Source of the DNA: Sumerlaeia bacterium
GTDB taxonomy: Bacteria > Sumerlaeota > Sumerlaeia > SLMS01 > JAHLLQ01
DNA: 50,541 nt
Reading direction: 5' to 3'
NCBI GenBank assembly: GCA_040219255.1
Contig: JAVJSW010000064.1
Coordinates: 1-50,541, forward strand
Of the stretch, positions 49,510 through 50,541 are shown piece by piece. Position numbers and translations under genes: made by a program. Positions within the stretch are counted from its first letter, which is position 1; every line of letters starts with the position of its first letter. Under the pieces are notes generated by a model. The model was given only the letters and a program-made list of their open reading frames with translations. It searched no databases and was not told where the DNA came from.

Positions 49510-50541
49510 ATGTTGGCGACAATATTGAAAGGCGGCTCCACGCTCGTTGCGGCGATGCTCTTCGCGGGCTCGGTGTCCGCCGGTTGGGAAGAGGTCCCGG
49601 TTCAGACCGAAGGTTCCGGCGATTTCACTTCCATCGATTTCGTGGACGATTCGCTTGGGTTCGCGATGCGCGCCAAGGGCTTCGACTGGGAGCTTTACCG
49701 CACGCAAGACGGCGGCGATACCTGGACGGTGCTGGCTTCCGGCGAGGAGGACGCGGACTCGTCAAGGGGAGTCGCGGAGGTGGATTTCTTCTCGGCGACG
49801 AACGGCTGGATGTGGTTCGGCAGCGCTTTCGACGGACCTCTGTTGAGAACCACGGATGGCGGCGTGACCTGGACGCCGGTGGAAACCCCGCTGAGCACCG
49901 CGTTTGGCCCTGAGGTCGTCGCGGCGCACTTCTTCGACGACAACACCGGCATCATCGCCGGTGATGGCAGAGACGCCGATAACGCAAGGATCATACTGGC
50001 GCGCACCGACGACGCCGGCGCGACGTGGCAACCGGTCTATACGCCGAGCCGCTTCGACGCGGTCGGGATCGACTTCCGCGACTCCCTCGTGGGAGGCGTG
50101 ACCGGCGGGGCTGGCAGTGTCCTGACGACCGTGGACGGGGGTATGACATGGAGCGCCCCCAATACCAATATCTCGGAAACCTGGGGCATCATTCATTACT
50201 CCCGAACCACATCGCAGGCCTGGGTCGGCGGCGAACTCGGGTCCCTGATGCAGAGCGACGACAGTGGCCAAACGTTCCTCTCAGCAAGTCCTCGCACCAC
50301 CGGGCGTTTCGATCAGCTCTACCACGCGCCCGATGGGACGCTTTATGTCTCCGGCGAAGTGGGCCCGTCGGGGCTCTTCTACGTGGTGGATCCGGAACGG
50401 GGCCGCTGGTTCCTCGACAATGTGGTCACCTTTACCAGCCAGGGCATTCGTTACCCGAACACGGTTCTGGCGATCGTGGAGAAGCCCGACGGCACGCTGT
50501 ACGCGGGGGGGCGGCGCATGATGCGCCTCGCCAACAGCACC
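49510..50541 (+). CDS. Secreted BNR/Asp-box (YCF48-like) beta-propeller protein, truncated at window end
   Basis: Manual translation MLATILKGG…SVSA signal; repeats RTQDGGDTW, RTTDGGVTW, RTDDAGATW, TTVDGGMTW, QSDDSGQTF; no stop codon. Confidence 0.88.
   Translation, partial: MLATILKGGSTLVAAMLFAGSVSAGWEEVPVQTEGSGDFTSIDFVDDSLGFAMRAKGFDWELYRTQDGGDTWTVLASGEEDADSSRGVAEVDFFSATNGWMWFGSAFDGPLLRTTDGGVTWTPVETPLSTAFGPEVVAAHFFDDNTGIIAGDGRDADNARIILARTDDAGATWQPVYTPSRFDAVGIDFRDSLVGGVTGGAGSVLTTVDGGMTWSAPNTNISETWGIIHYSRTTSQAWVGGELGSLMQSDDSGQTFLSASPRTTGRFDQLYHAPDGTLYVSGEVGPSGLFYVVDPERGRWFLDNVVTFTSQGIRYPNTVLAIVEKPDGTLYAGGRRMMRLANST

Overview
High-GC bacterial chromosomal window; taxon not determinable from sequence. 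The many acidic secreted Ig-like/beta-propeller proteins are reminiscent of uncultured Sumerlaeota/PVC-like lineages, but this is an unverified impression. The window opens inside an element integrated at a tRNA-Ser(TGA), with a probably inactivated tyrosine integrase. Core and metabolic genes: an RsmB-family methyltransferase with an 8x27-aa repeat N-terminus, ALDH, nitronate monooxygenase-like, queD, cysteine desulfurase, PhzF, gmd, yidD-rnpA-rpmH, ppa, pheA, and glgE-treS/mak-treZ. Also present: a heme oxygenase-HutX/ChuX pair, a degraded IS5-family element, several pseudogene fragments and several secreted proteins, including a ~2400-aa giant. Best novelty candidates: (1) a membrane non-RD Ser/Thr kinase whose ectodomain looks like a circularly permuted CBM48, next to a secreted tandem-CBM48/thioredoxin-fold partner; (2) a shared C-terminal W-x-x-Y tail on two unrelated secreted proteins (possible sorting signal); (3) a TreS domain lacking its catalytic Glu; (4) a PP2C phosphatase frameshifted by an exact 38-bp tandem duplication. 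All domain calls are by motif recognition, not database search.
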